27,820 bases of DNA from Candidatus Krumholzibacteriia bacterium (GCA_036478295.1 JAZGDW010000096.1:1-27820), one strand, 5' to 3'. Positions 8,409 through 16,534 are shown, numbered from the stretch's first letter. The notes: generated by a model from the letters alone, not told the origin. Translations and numbers: made by a program.

Positions 8409-10055
8409 CTAGTGGCCGGAGGCGGGGAGTGCTATGGCTCCCGACCCTTGCCCGAGGAGGTAGACGACCACGTTCTCGAGCAGCCACGCGCCGTTGGGCG
8501 TCAGATTGTCCGGGCTGACGTTGGCACCGTTGAACCCCCAGAGAAAATTGACGCTGCTCGTCCCGGCGCCGATAATGTCGATTTCCTCGACCAGGGGGTG
8601 CACCAACATGGCCGGTGCCACGGTGGCGTAGGGCGTGAAGTTGGTCGAAAAGGGCACGCCGAGCAACTCCAGAGGAGCGGTGTAGACGTTCAGCACGGAA
8701 CCCGGGGAAGCGTTCAATGGGTTTGGCTTGTTGTAGATGTCCGCGCTGGGATCCAACACATAGACTTCGCGTTGTGTGCGGCGTTGCGTCTTGCTGAGCC
8801 CGATGTTCAGACCGATGCTCTCGAAATACGAGGCGCCCCCTGCGCCGATCCCCAGGATCATCGCACCGCTGTTCTGGATGGCGTCGGCCTGGGGTTGGTA
8901 GATTCCCTGCCAGCCGGAGGCGTCGCTGGCGGTGTCCCAGCCGATGATGATGACGTCGAACAGCGCCGGGCTGAGAACGAAGCTCTTGCCCATTACCCGG
9001 ACGGCGCCGTAGCCGATCGTTTGCCAGTAGGATTCAATCTCCTGCTCGAACAGCGCCGCCGTTGCGGTATCTCCCTGGCCCAGGACATCCGTCATATAGG
9101 CAATGGTCTGCACACGGACAAAATCGGTCGACACTTCCGTTCCCAGACCGTTGGAAACCGTCACCATATCCGAGATCGCTTTCGCCGGCACCTGGAGATC
9201 GACCAGCAGCTGGTCGGTCGCGGCGCTCAGAATGTTGGCCGTTTGTCCAAAGATCGTCACCTGCGTGCCGGGGTAATTGAGATGATCCCCGAATACCGTT
9301 ACCTGCACGGTCTGGCCCCTTACGACTTCGGGGGCGGAAATCCCGGAGATGACGGGCGCAGCATAGACGTGAACGAAGTGCTGCGCAAATTCGCTCTGGG
9401 TGTAGATGTTCTCGGCAGCCACGCGAAAATAGTAATCGCCGCCGGGTAGATCACCGTTGTTTATCCGCACGAACGTGTCCACCACGACGGTCTCAAAACT
9501 AATAACCGCAAAGTCGGGTGTCGAGCTCTCCTGCAAGCGGTAGAACCCCGCCCCCGGGGTGCGGTTCCACATCAGGTTGAACGTAGTCGACTCATCGACG
9601 AGGGCGACATCACGCCACATCCCCGGCAGCACGAACGTTCTGGCAATGATCGACACACTGGTATTCTGTCCCTTGGCGACATTCACGTTCTCGTCGACGC
9701 CAAAGAACGTCATCAGGCCGGCCTGAAACAGCTCCACGGCGACGCGCTTGCCGGTTTCGGCAATCACGGTGAGCTCGATCTGCGTCGTGCTCGCCGGCGG
9801 GCTGATCGCCACGCCCCTGGATACTTCGGGCACGCGGCCTGTTCCCGGCCGGTATACCTTTACCACCACGGAGTCGGCCGTGGGCAGCGCCCTGGCGAAC
9901 GCCTCGTCCAAGGCAGGCGCCGCGGAGTTCCCACCAGCGTCGTAGAGCTCGAGGACAATCACGCCCTGGTCCGCCCCGTCGGGACCCTCGAGGAGAGAAC
10001 ATCCGGTCGCCCCCAGGCTTATCGTGACTACTAACGCGAGAATTTTCTTAATCAT
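8409..10055 (-). CDS. Multidomain lipoprotein (beta-sandwich + FN3-like + IPT/TIG + GATase1-like domain)
   Basis: ATG 10055 with GGAGG; lipobox ATGC; FN3-like W..TPGA..Y.LQES..PDF and GDYYFRVAAEN; IPT-like PVISGISAPEVVRGQTVQVTVFG. Confidence 0.75.
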   Translation of the reverse strand: MIKKILALVVTISLGATGCSLLEGPDGADQGVIVLELYDAGGNSAAPALDEAFARALPTADSVVVKVYRPGTGRVPEVSRGVAISPPASTTQIELTVIAETGKRVAVELFQAGLMTFFGVDENVNVAKGQNTSVSIIARTFVLPGMWRDVALVDESTTFNLMWNRTPGAGFYRLQESSTPDFAVISFETVVVDTFVRINNGDLPGGDYYFRVAAENIYTQSEFAQHFVHVYAAPVISGISAPEVVRGQTVQVTVFGDHLNYPGTQVTIFGQTANILSAATDQLLVDLQVPAKAISDMVTVSNGLGTEVSTDFVRVQTIAYMTDVLGQGDTATAALFEQEIESYWQTIGYGAVRVMGKSFVLSPALFDVIIIGWDTASDASGWQGIYQPQADAIQNSGAMILGIGAGGASYFESIGLNIGLSKTQRRTQREVYVLDPSADIYNKPNPLNASPGSVLNVYTAPLELLGVPFSTNFTPYATVAPAMLVHPLVEEIDIIGAGTSSVNFLWGFNGANVSPDNLTPNGAWLLENVVVYLLGQGSGAIALPASGH

Positions 10056-10076
10056 GTCATTGACCTCCGTCACGAA

Positions 10077-10691
10077 TTATTGGACCAGCACACCGACGGT
10101 TACCCGACCGGTGTCTGCGGGGGGCGGTTCATCCCCACCCGAAGCGGCTCCGACGATTGCCAGAAGCACGACGCCCATGGTCGCGTAGAACCACCATTTC
10201 TTATAGACGGGCTTGCCCGCCGTGGTGGCCGCGTCCGCGTTGGACCCGGCCCCCGCCCTGATACCGGTGTCCGGGGCGGTCCGGATAACGGCCGATGCAT
10301 ATTCGGATTTCGCCTGGTCGAACGTCGAGATGACAATGGACTTGAAGACCCCGGGATCGGGTCCCTTGTAGGCGCTGTCTTTCTTTAGTATCTCCAGGAA
10401 CTGGCCTTTTCCGTCGGCGCTCGAGCCCGTTACGATGAACGAGGCCGCCAGGTATTCCCGCGCTTCCGTGATTTGCTTGTCGCTCAGATCCTTGCGCTTG
10501 AGAAAGCTCTTCAGCTCCACGATGGCTTTTGGGTAGTTTCCCCGAAAATAATACTTGTATTCGATCTTCTTCAGGTCGCTCCCCGCGTCGGCGAGCGCCT
10601 CGGTGGGCAACCAGCAGGTCGCCTGCAAACCAAGGAAGCAGATCATGACGACCGTCGACACGGCCTTTACTGGTTTGCTCTCCGTCAACAT
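10077..10691 (-). CDS. Exported TPR-like protein with a C-terminal P.YKKWWF-hydrophobic segment
   Basis: ATG 10691 with GGAGG; signal peptide ...EALA; TPR-like helices YYFRGNYPKAI, EAREYLAASF; C-terminus KPVYKKWWFYATMGVVLLAIVGAASGG-PPP-TGRVTVGVLVQ. Confidence 0.75.
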   Translation of the reverse strand: MLTESKPVKAVSTVVMICFLGLQATCWLPTEALADAGSDLKKIEYKYYFRGNYPKAIVELKSFLKRKDLSDKQITEAREYLAASFIVTGSSADGKGQFLEILKKDSAYKGPDPGVFKSIVISTFDQAKSEYASAVIRTAPDTGIRAGAGSNADAATTAGKPVYKKWWFYATMGVVLLAIVGAASGGDEPPPADTGRVTVGVLVQ

Positions 10692-10789
10692 GATGTTCAA
10701 ACCTCCGTCCGCAAGAGACTACGGTTCACAGGTGTCGGCGATCGGGCTGCTTGCGGTGTCGGCTCCAATCGCTACGTGTGATTATCCGC

Positions 10790-13087
10790 CTAGTTCTCAT
10801 ACGTTACCGAGGGCTCGCTTCCAACCTCATACTCGATAACGGTGTCTATTCCCTCCTTCACCACGACGGTGATTTCCCGCGTATCCTGTTTGCGAAACAT
10901 ATTGCAGACCACTTTATGCGTTCCCGCCGGCACGACCGCGCTGGTAAAGGGTGGTTGCTTCTTGAACTTCCGGCCGTTGAACCACAGCTCGCCCACGCCG
11001 CCGAGAAAGTAGACGGACAGCCGCCCGTAGACGAGTCTTGGAGGATCGAGCGTGATTCTGGATCCTTTTTTCACCGTCACCACTTCCTCGAACACTGTCA
11101 CGCCGTCGAGCAGTTCGGCCCGTACCACGTGCTTGCCGGCTGAGAGCTGGATGGACAGATAAGTGTCCTCCCGGACCTTGAGTTCGCCGTCGACGTAGAT
11201 GTTCGCCAGCTTGGGCAGCACCCAGTCCAGCCTTCCCGACCCGGCGCTCTGCCGCCTCGTGTCTTTGGCGGCGTTGACGCGGACCACCAGCGTCTGGTCG
11301 GCCTCGGCGATTCCGTCGGTGCCGTGCACGGGCACGCGGTGCGTGCCTGTCTGGCCGTTGCCCGGGGTCCACACGATCCGGTCCCCCTTGAGGACCATCC
11401 CGTCGGGCGCATCCTCGAGCGAGAAGGTCACGGGTTGACCGAAAGCGCTGGCCGCCTGGAGCTTGAGACTCATCCGCCTGGCGACACGGGCGGTGGCGCT
11501 CTTGATTCTTTTGAAATCGAGCGCAACGGTCTTGTTCACGACCTCGACCAGTGTCTGCGCCTGCGCGACTTGCGTCCCGTCATCGGCGAAAAACTTTAGC
11601 GCGTACGATCCGGCCTGCGCGTAATCCACCTGCCAGGTGAACTTGCCCTTCTCGGACAGCACGGCGCCTTTTGGCAGGTTGTCGCCGTAGAGACGCACGT
11701 CATCTCCGTCCGCATCGACCACTTTCACCTCAAATTCCAGGTTTTCACCCTCTGTGATGGTAAGGCGTGCCGGCGTTGTCAGTACCGGCGCTGCGTTGGC
11801 AGTGCCGCCCGAGCGAAGCGCCGTCCAACCCCACCAACCGCCGAACGCGGCGGCGCCGGCCAGCACCAACGCGAGCGGTGCGACGAACCAGCGGCGGCGC
11901 GATTCCCCGGAGGGGCGGGCCCTGCGCGTTCTCGCCGCTTTTTTGGAGGCCGGTTCCTCTGTTCTTGCGCCCCTGTGTCCGGACTTGCCAGGCGCCGTCT
12001 GCTTGTCGATGGCGACGGTGGAGTTTTCATCGGGGTACTGCGCCATGAGTTTGGCAAGGTGCTTTCGCGCGCGGTCGTTCGTCGGATCGAGGTACAAAAT
12101 ACGTTTGAACTCCTGCGCCGCGTCGGCAATGTGGGTCTTGCCCTTCTGCATGAAATACGTGCCCTGGGACAGACAACGGGCCACCATTTTTTCCGTGTAT
12201 GCTTTTTCGTATCCTTCGGGGTCCTTCATGTACCGTTTCAGACGGCGCCGATCCCGCTGGATCTCGAACTTCTCCATCGCCCGTTCGACATCTATAATAA
12301 CGTCGGAGATATCCGAGTAACGGCGGGAAAGGTCTTTTTCCAGCATCTTCTCCACGATGTTTTCGAAGTCCGGCTGAATGAGCGGGTTCTCGTGGGTGAG
12401 CGACGGGACCTGGTGGGTCTGTATTTTTTCGATGACCTCCGAATACGACTTTCCCTCGAAGGGACGCTTGTGGCAAAACATCTCGTAAGCGACGACACCC
12501 AGAGAGAAAATGTCCGTCTGCGTCCCAACGTTGTCGCCTGCCGCCTGCTCGGGCGACATGTAGGCAGGCGTACCGAGGACCTTGCCGGGTTGGGTGACGA
12601 CGGTCATGGCATCCGACTTCTTGGCCAGCCCGAAATCGGCGATCTTGATTCCACCCTGCTTGGTGTAAATAATGTTGGCCGGCTTGATGTCCCGGTGCAC
12701 GATCTCTTTGCTGTGCGCCGCTTCCAACCCCAGGCAGACATCCAGCAGGATCGAGACGGCGATATCGAGGGGAATCCGCTGGTGATCCTTGATGAGGTCC
12801 GCGATCGTCTTGCCCTCGTAGTACTCCATGACGATGTAGTAACATCCGCCCGATTCGCCATAATCAACGACGTTGACGATGTTCTCGTGCTGCACCGTGG
12901 CCGCCGAGCGCGCCTCGCGCTCGAAGCGGCTTATGAAACTTTCGTCACTGGCAAGGTAGGGAAACAACACCTTGATGGCTACGGTCTTGCCGATAGAGAT
13001 CTTGCGCGCCTTGTAGACGGCGGCCATGCCGCCGACGGCGACCTGCTCCAGCGAATCGTAACCCTCTATGCGGACCTCTATTGCCAT
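10790..13087 (-). CDS. Receptor-type Hanks Ser/Thr kinase (kinase-TPR-TM-2x Ig-like-2x PEGA-like)
   Basis: GGMAAVY, VAIK, HRDIKPAN, DFGLA, GTPAYMSPEQ, DIFSLG; TPR (ILYLDPTNDRAR); TM RRRWFVAPLALVLAG; Ig repeats (DADGD..LPKGA..FTW, APDGM..VWTP); PEGA-like (IYVDG..LSAGKHVV, VPAGTHKV). Confidence 0.95.
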   Translation of the reverse strand: MAIEVRIEGYDSLEQVAVGGMAAVYKARKISIGKTVAIKVLFPYLASDESFISRFEREARSAATVQHENIVNVVDYGESGGCYYIVMEYYEGKTIADLIKDHQRIPLDIAVSILLDVCLGLEAAHSKEIVHRDIKPANIIYTKQGGIKIADFGLAKKSDAMTVVTQPGKVLGTPAYMSPEQAAGDNVGTQTDIFSLGVVAYEMFCHKRPFEGKSYSEVIEKIQTHQVPSLTHENPLIQPDFENIVEKMLEKDLSRRYSDISDVIIDVERAMEKFEIQRDRRRLKRYMKDPEGYEKAYTEKMVARCLSQGTYFMQKGKTHIADAAQEFKRILYLDPTNDRARKHLAKLMAQYPDENSTVAIDKQTAPGKSGHRGARTEEPASKKAARTRRARPSGESRRRWFVAPLALVLAGAAAFGGWWGWTALRSGGTANAAPVLTTPARLTITEGENLEFEVKVVDADGDDVRLYGDNLPKGAVLSEKGKFTWQVDYAQAGSYALKFFADDGTQVAQAQTLVEVVNKTVALDFKRIKSATARVARRMSLKLQAASAFGQPVTFSLEDAPDGMVLKGDRIVWTPGNGQTGTHRVPVHGTDGIAEADQTLVVRVNAAKDTRRQSAGSGRLDWVLPKLANIYVDGELKVREDTYLSIQLSAGKHVVRAELLDGVTVFEEVVTVKKGSRITLDPPRLVYGRLSVYFLGGVGELWFNGRKFKKQPPFTSAVVPAGTHKVVCNMFRKQDTREITVVVKEGIDTVIEYEVGSEPSVTYEN

Positions 13088-13192
13088 TTGCAAGATTCTC
13101 CGGCGACCTCATCCAGGCTGTCGGGCACTGACGAGTAAACCCCATGCAAAACAATGAGTTAAAAACCAACTTTCACTTCTCACGAGGCCACT

Positions 13193-13208
13193 TGCAATAA
13201 TTACGCCA
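13193..13208 (-). promoter_or_regulatory. Sigma54 -24/-12 promoter of the kinase operon
   Basis: Minus strand TGGCGTAATTATTGCA matches TGGC-N7-TTGCA, about 105 nt upstream of ATG 13087, in an AT-rich intergenic patch. Confidence 0.65.
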
Positions 13209-13373
13209 CCGCCACGGTGGGCGAAACGCCTCCCGCACGGCGACCGGTGCCGCGCCGGGCACCCGAAACCAGCTCATCGGACTTCACCACGACCGGGCCG
13301 GCCGCGGCATGCGGGGATGGTTCCAGCCGTCCCATGAGGTCAGTCCCGCGTCGACGCCGGCTCCAGTTTTTGC

Positions 13374-13403
13374 TTGAGTCGTGGGGAAGGACGTTGGTAT
13401 AAC
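13374..13403 (+). promoter_or_regulatory. Candidate sigma70 promoter (extended -10) of the beta-barrel gene
   Basis: TTGAGT-N18-TATAAC with TGn immediately before the -10 box. Confidence 0.45.
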
Positions 13404-13458
13404 TTGCCGAGCCTGCCAGCCGATCAGAAGCACCAGCGGGGGGATAAAAGGAGTTGTC

Positions 13459-14088
13459 GTGAAACGGATCGTTCTTTTCTTAGCCGTCGGGTTGTACCTC
13501 TCCTGCCACGCGCCCGCGTTCGGGCAGGTGTTCTACGCATTTCCAAACGCGCCCGTCGTCGGATCGGGCGAGCTGGCCACGGGGTCCTACGCAGCGATCG
13601 GCGAGAACGAGCTTTTCCGTCTCGGCGGTTACGTGCGGCTCGCGATCGCGAAATACTGGGACGCGGGGGTCGAGGTACTCCTGGATGTGCGGAATGGAAA
13701 CGTGATGGCGGGCGCGGGTCTGGATGTCAAGCTGGCAGCCTTTCCAAGCACGAAGGCGATTCCGTTCGATCTGTCCCTGAACACAGGCGTCGGGTTCATC
13801 GGCGACAGCGATTTTACGCTGATACAGGTGCCGATCGGCGCACTCATCAGCAGCCCCTTCGAGCTGGATTCGGGCAGGGTACTCGTACCCTATCTCGGGG
13901 TGTACCTGCTCATCGTCGACATCGACCGGGATCGAGGTCCCTCCAGCCCCGGCATCTCCGATACCGATCTGGACGCCGAACTCAGGGGCGGTGTGCGCTA
14001 CGAGCTGGAGGGGCGCCTGGATCTGTTCGGCACCCTGCACATCGGCCGGGACGCGCTCTTCGCATTGGGAGTGAACGTCAAACTCTAG
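13459..14088 (+). CDS. Small outer-membrane beta-barrel protein
   Basis: GTG 13459 with AAGGAG; signal peptide MKRIVLFLAVG...AFG; alternating strands (LVPYLGVYL, LRGGVRYEL) and a terminal strand FALGVNVKL. Confidence 0.7.
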   Translation: MKRIVLFLAVGLYLSCHAPAFGQVFYAFPNAPVVGSGELATGSYAAIGENELFRLGGYVRLAIAKYWDAGVEVLLDVRNGNVMAGAGLDVKLAAFPSTKAIPFDLSLNTGVGFIGDSDFTLIQVPIGALISSPFELDSGRVLVPYLGVYLLIVDIDRDRGPSSPGISDTDLDAELRGGVRYELEGRLDLFGTLHIGRDALFALGVNVKL

Positions 14089-14105
14089 AGTGGGAAACCG
14101 GAACG

Positions 14106-14861
14106 TCAGAGGGCGTTTTCGATCTTGACCACCTGGACGGTGATGTTGTCCTTGCCACCCTTTTTGTTGGCGAGATCGATCAGCGCCTTACAGGCCTTCT
14201 GGGGAGAATTCGTCTTCAGTATTCCTTTGGCTTCTTCGTTGGTAACCATCGTCGTCAACCCATCCGAACACAGCAGGAACACATCGCCAGAGGCAAGCTC
14301 GTAGGGCGAGGAGGGAAAATCCGTCGCGAGTTCCTCCTGCGTTCCCAGCGAACGAGTGATGACGTTTCGTTTCGGGTGATTCTGTGCGTCCTCGTCCGAG
14401 ATGATTCCCGAACGGACCATTTCACCGACCAACGAATGGTCTTCGGTCAACTGGATCAGCTTGTCGTCTCTTAGTACGTACGCTCTCGAATCACCAACGT
14501 GCGCAAAAAAAGCCTCGCCCGGTTTGAGAACCATCGTCGTGCACGTTGTACCCATGCCGAAAAGCTCGACGTCCTCGATTGATTTCCGATGAATGACATC
14601 GTTGGCCTTGGTGTAGGATTTGCGAAGCGATTCGATCGTGTCGGCCCCCTCGGAGGCGTAATAGGTGGAAATGACGGTTTCAACAGCCAACCGGCTGGCA
14701 ATTTCGCCCCCGCGGTGCCCTCCCATGCCGTCCGCAACTATGAAGAGGGAACCCTTTGCCGCCTGTTCCTTCTCGCCGTTGGGTTCGCATTTTCCCACGG
14801 CGTCCTCGTTGTTTTGACGAACCCTGCCGTCGTCTGTAAGTTCATAAGAATCAAGCTTCAT
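14106..14861 (-). CDS. PP2C/PPM-family Ser/Thr phosphatase (Stp1/PrpC-like)
   Basis: GRVRQNNED, VADGMGGH, MGTT, HVGDSRAY, TEDHS, RNVITRSLG, LLCSDGL, GGKDNIT. Confidence 0.95.
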   Translation of the reverse strand: MKLDSYELTDDGRVRQNNEDAVGKCEPNGEKEQAAKGSLFIVADGMGGHRGGEIASRLAVETVISTYYASEGADTIESLRKSYTKANDVIHRKSIEDVELFGMGTTCTTMVLKPGEAFFAHVGDSRAYVLRDDKLIQLTEDHSLVGEMVRSGIISDEDAQNHPKRNVITRSLGTQEELATDFPSSPYELASGDVFLLCSDGLTTMVTNEEAKGILKTNSPQKACKALIDLANKKGGKDNITVQVVKIENAL

Positions 14862-14957
14862 TCATCGTCCCTTCCTGGCCCGGCTGCGTCTCGCAACTTT
14901 ATCTTCGACCCGAAACATAGTCAAGGGCAATGATTCGAGACGCGCGCCTCGAAACAA

Positions 14958-15013
14958 TGCTTAAAAAATGCCAAAAAGTTCCCACCGCGGCCGAATCTGG
15001 CATATTTTACGCA
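14958..15013. promoter_or_regulatory. Back-to-back sigma54-like motifs facing the PP2C gene (-) and the FHA gene (+)
   Basis: Minus 14958-14973 TGGCATTTTTTAAGCA and plus 14998-15013 TGGCATATTTTACGCA: 14/16 identical, both GG-N10-GC. Confidence 0.55.
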
Positions 15014-15148
15014 AAAGACACGCCGGGATGAGCCACAGCGGTGTTGCGCCCGCGATCGTTCCGTTGTCTCCATTCACAGGTAGATTGGACCCGTTATTGC
15101 ATAAACCAAGTGCATCCTTGGAATTGGACGCTTCGCCGGAGGGAAGTG

Positions 15149-16534
15149 ATGGACGAAAACACCACCCAGAGCATGAATGAGCATCTTGCAAAATATCAAG
15201 AGCTTGTGGGAAAGCGCAAGACATTGCAGAAGCGTCTGGACAAAGTTACCGCGGAGAAGGGATCGGTCAAGGATGCCATCTACGAAAGGGTCCAGCGCGA
15301 GTACAAGAAACAGCTGGATGAGATGGACGCCGAGATCAAACCGGTCGAGGAGGAGGTCGTGAAGATCCGGCGCATGATGATCGCGGATCAGATTTCCGAG
15401 ACAGACGACGAAATAGGCGCGATCGAGGAGGAGCTCCAGGAAATCTCGTTTCGCCACCGCGTCGGCGAATTCGATGAGAAGGAGACGTCGAGACTCCAAG
15501 AGCCCCTGAAGCACAAGGTGGAACAGCTCACCGAACAAAAGAAGAGCCTGGCACACGTGGAGACACAGCTGGGTCTTGGGGGCGTTGCGAACGGCGAGCT
15601 GAAAAAGCGGACGGCCTCGGGCAACACCGCCAAGGAGACCGCAGGCAGAGCCGCCGATTCGAGTGTCGAGGCGACGCCCGCAAGTGGGGATACCCCGGGG
15701 ACCAAGACAGTACCCGCGACGCCGGAAACCAAGACGACCAGGACCCGGGCGCCAGTGCCGAGCGCTGCCGCCAGGAAGACCAGGCCGAAAACGGAGCCCG
15801 CAACCCCGGACACCGTACCGTCGGAACCGAAGCCCGCCGCCGCGCGTGCGGCTTCACAGCCGACCAGGCCGAAGGCGGCGGCGGTCGCAGACGCGGGCGC
15901 CAGCGCGTCAAAGATGCCCGACGACCCATCCGCAACAGTGGACCTCGCAGACGAACTCATAATGGTAGGCGCCAAGCCTACCGAGCCGGTTGATAAGATG
16001 CAGGGGCTCGTGGATACGAGCGAGTGGTCTAAGGAATTCCAGGAAGAGGGCGTGGCGAGCAGTGCGGGCCGGCGCCATACCGACCAACCCGCTGCCGCTG
16101 TGACGAATGATGATCCCCTTGCCGCGCTCTCAGACGCGTCGCTGACGAAAAAGGCGGCGAGCCCGGCTGCATCCCAGACAAAAACGGGGACCGGCGTGGG
16201 AACCAAGGACAAGCCCAAGGAGAAGCTCAAGAGCAAGCCCATGGGCTTCCCCGTCCTCATCATCACTAAAGGGCCCGGCGCCGGGAGAAAGCTGCCGCTG
16301 GTACCAATGACGATGACGATCGGACGCGAGCACGACAACAACATTGAGCTCAAAGACGAAGAGGTGTCACGCTACCACGCGAGAATCTCCTACGAAGGCG
16401 GCCAGTACTTGATAAAGGACCTCGACAGTTCGTCAGGAACCTGGATCAACGAAGAAAAAATCTCGGAGAAAGCCCTCGAACACGGGGACAAGATCCGGCT
16501 CGGCGGCATCGAGATGGTCGTCGATTTCGAGTAG
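15149..16534 (+). CDS. Coiled-coil + Pro/Ala/Thr-rich linker + C-terminal FHA protein
   Basis: ATG 15149 after GGAGG; heptad-rich first ~135 aa; low-complexity middle; FHA motifs TIGR, VSRYHA, DLDSSSGTWIN, HGDKIRLG. Confidence 0.88.
   Translation: MDENTTQSMNEHLAKYQELVGKRKTLQKRLDKVTAEKGSVKDAIYERVQREYKKQLDEMDAEIKPVEEEVVKIRRMMIADQISETDDEIGAIEEELQEISFRHRVGEFDEKETSRLQEPLKHKVEQLTEQKKSLAHVETQLGLGGVANGELKKRTASGNTAKETAGRAADSSVEATPASGDTPGTKTVPATPETKTTRTRAPVPSAAARKTRPKTEPATPDTVPSEPKPAAARAASQPTRPKAAAVADAGASASKMPDDPSATVDLADELIMVGAKPTEPVDKMQGLVDTSEWSKEFQEEGVASSAGRRHTDQPAAAVTNDDPLAALSDASLTKKAASPAASQTKTGTGVGTKDKPKEKLKSKPMGFPVLIITKGPGAGRKLPLVPMTMTIGREHDNNIELKDEEVSRYHARISYEGGQYLIKDLDSSSGTWINEEKISEKALEHGDKIRLGGIEMVVDFE

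Noticed and set aside
8274..9449. 391-aa plus-strand ORF
   Set aside because: Antisense to the lipoprotein gene and crosses its terminator; no recognisable domain.
11975..13138. 387-aa plus-strand ORF
   Set aside because: Antisense shadow of the kinase domain.
13374..14474. 366-aa Arg-rich ORF
   Set aside because: Alternative frame over the beta-barrel gene and antisense to the PP2C gene; composition is typical of a non-coding frame.
10790..16534. T6SS PpkA/PppA/Fha module
   Set aside because: No tss structural genes in the window, and the kinase ectodomain and FHA architectures differ from PpkA and TagH.
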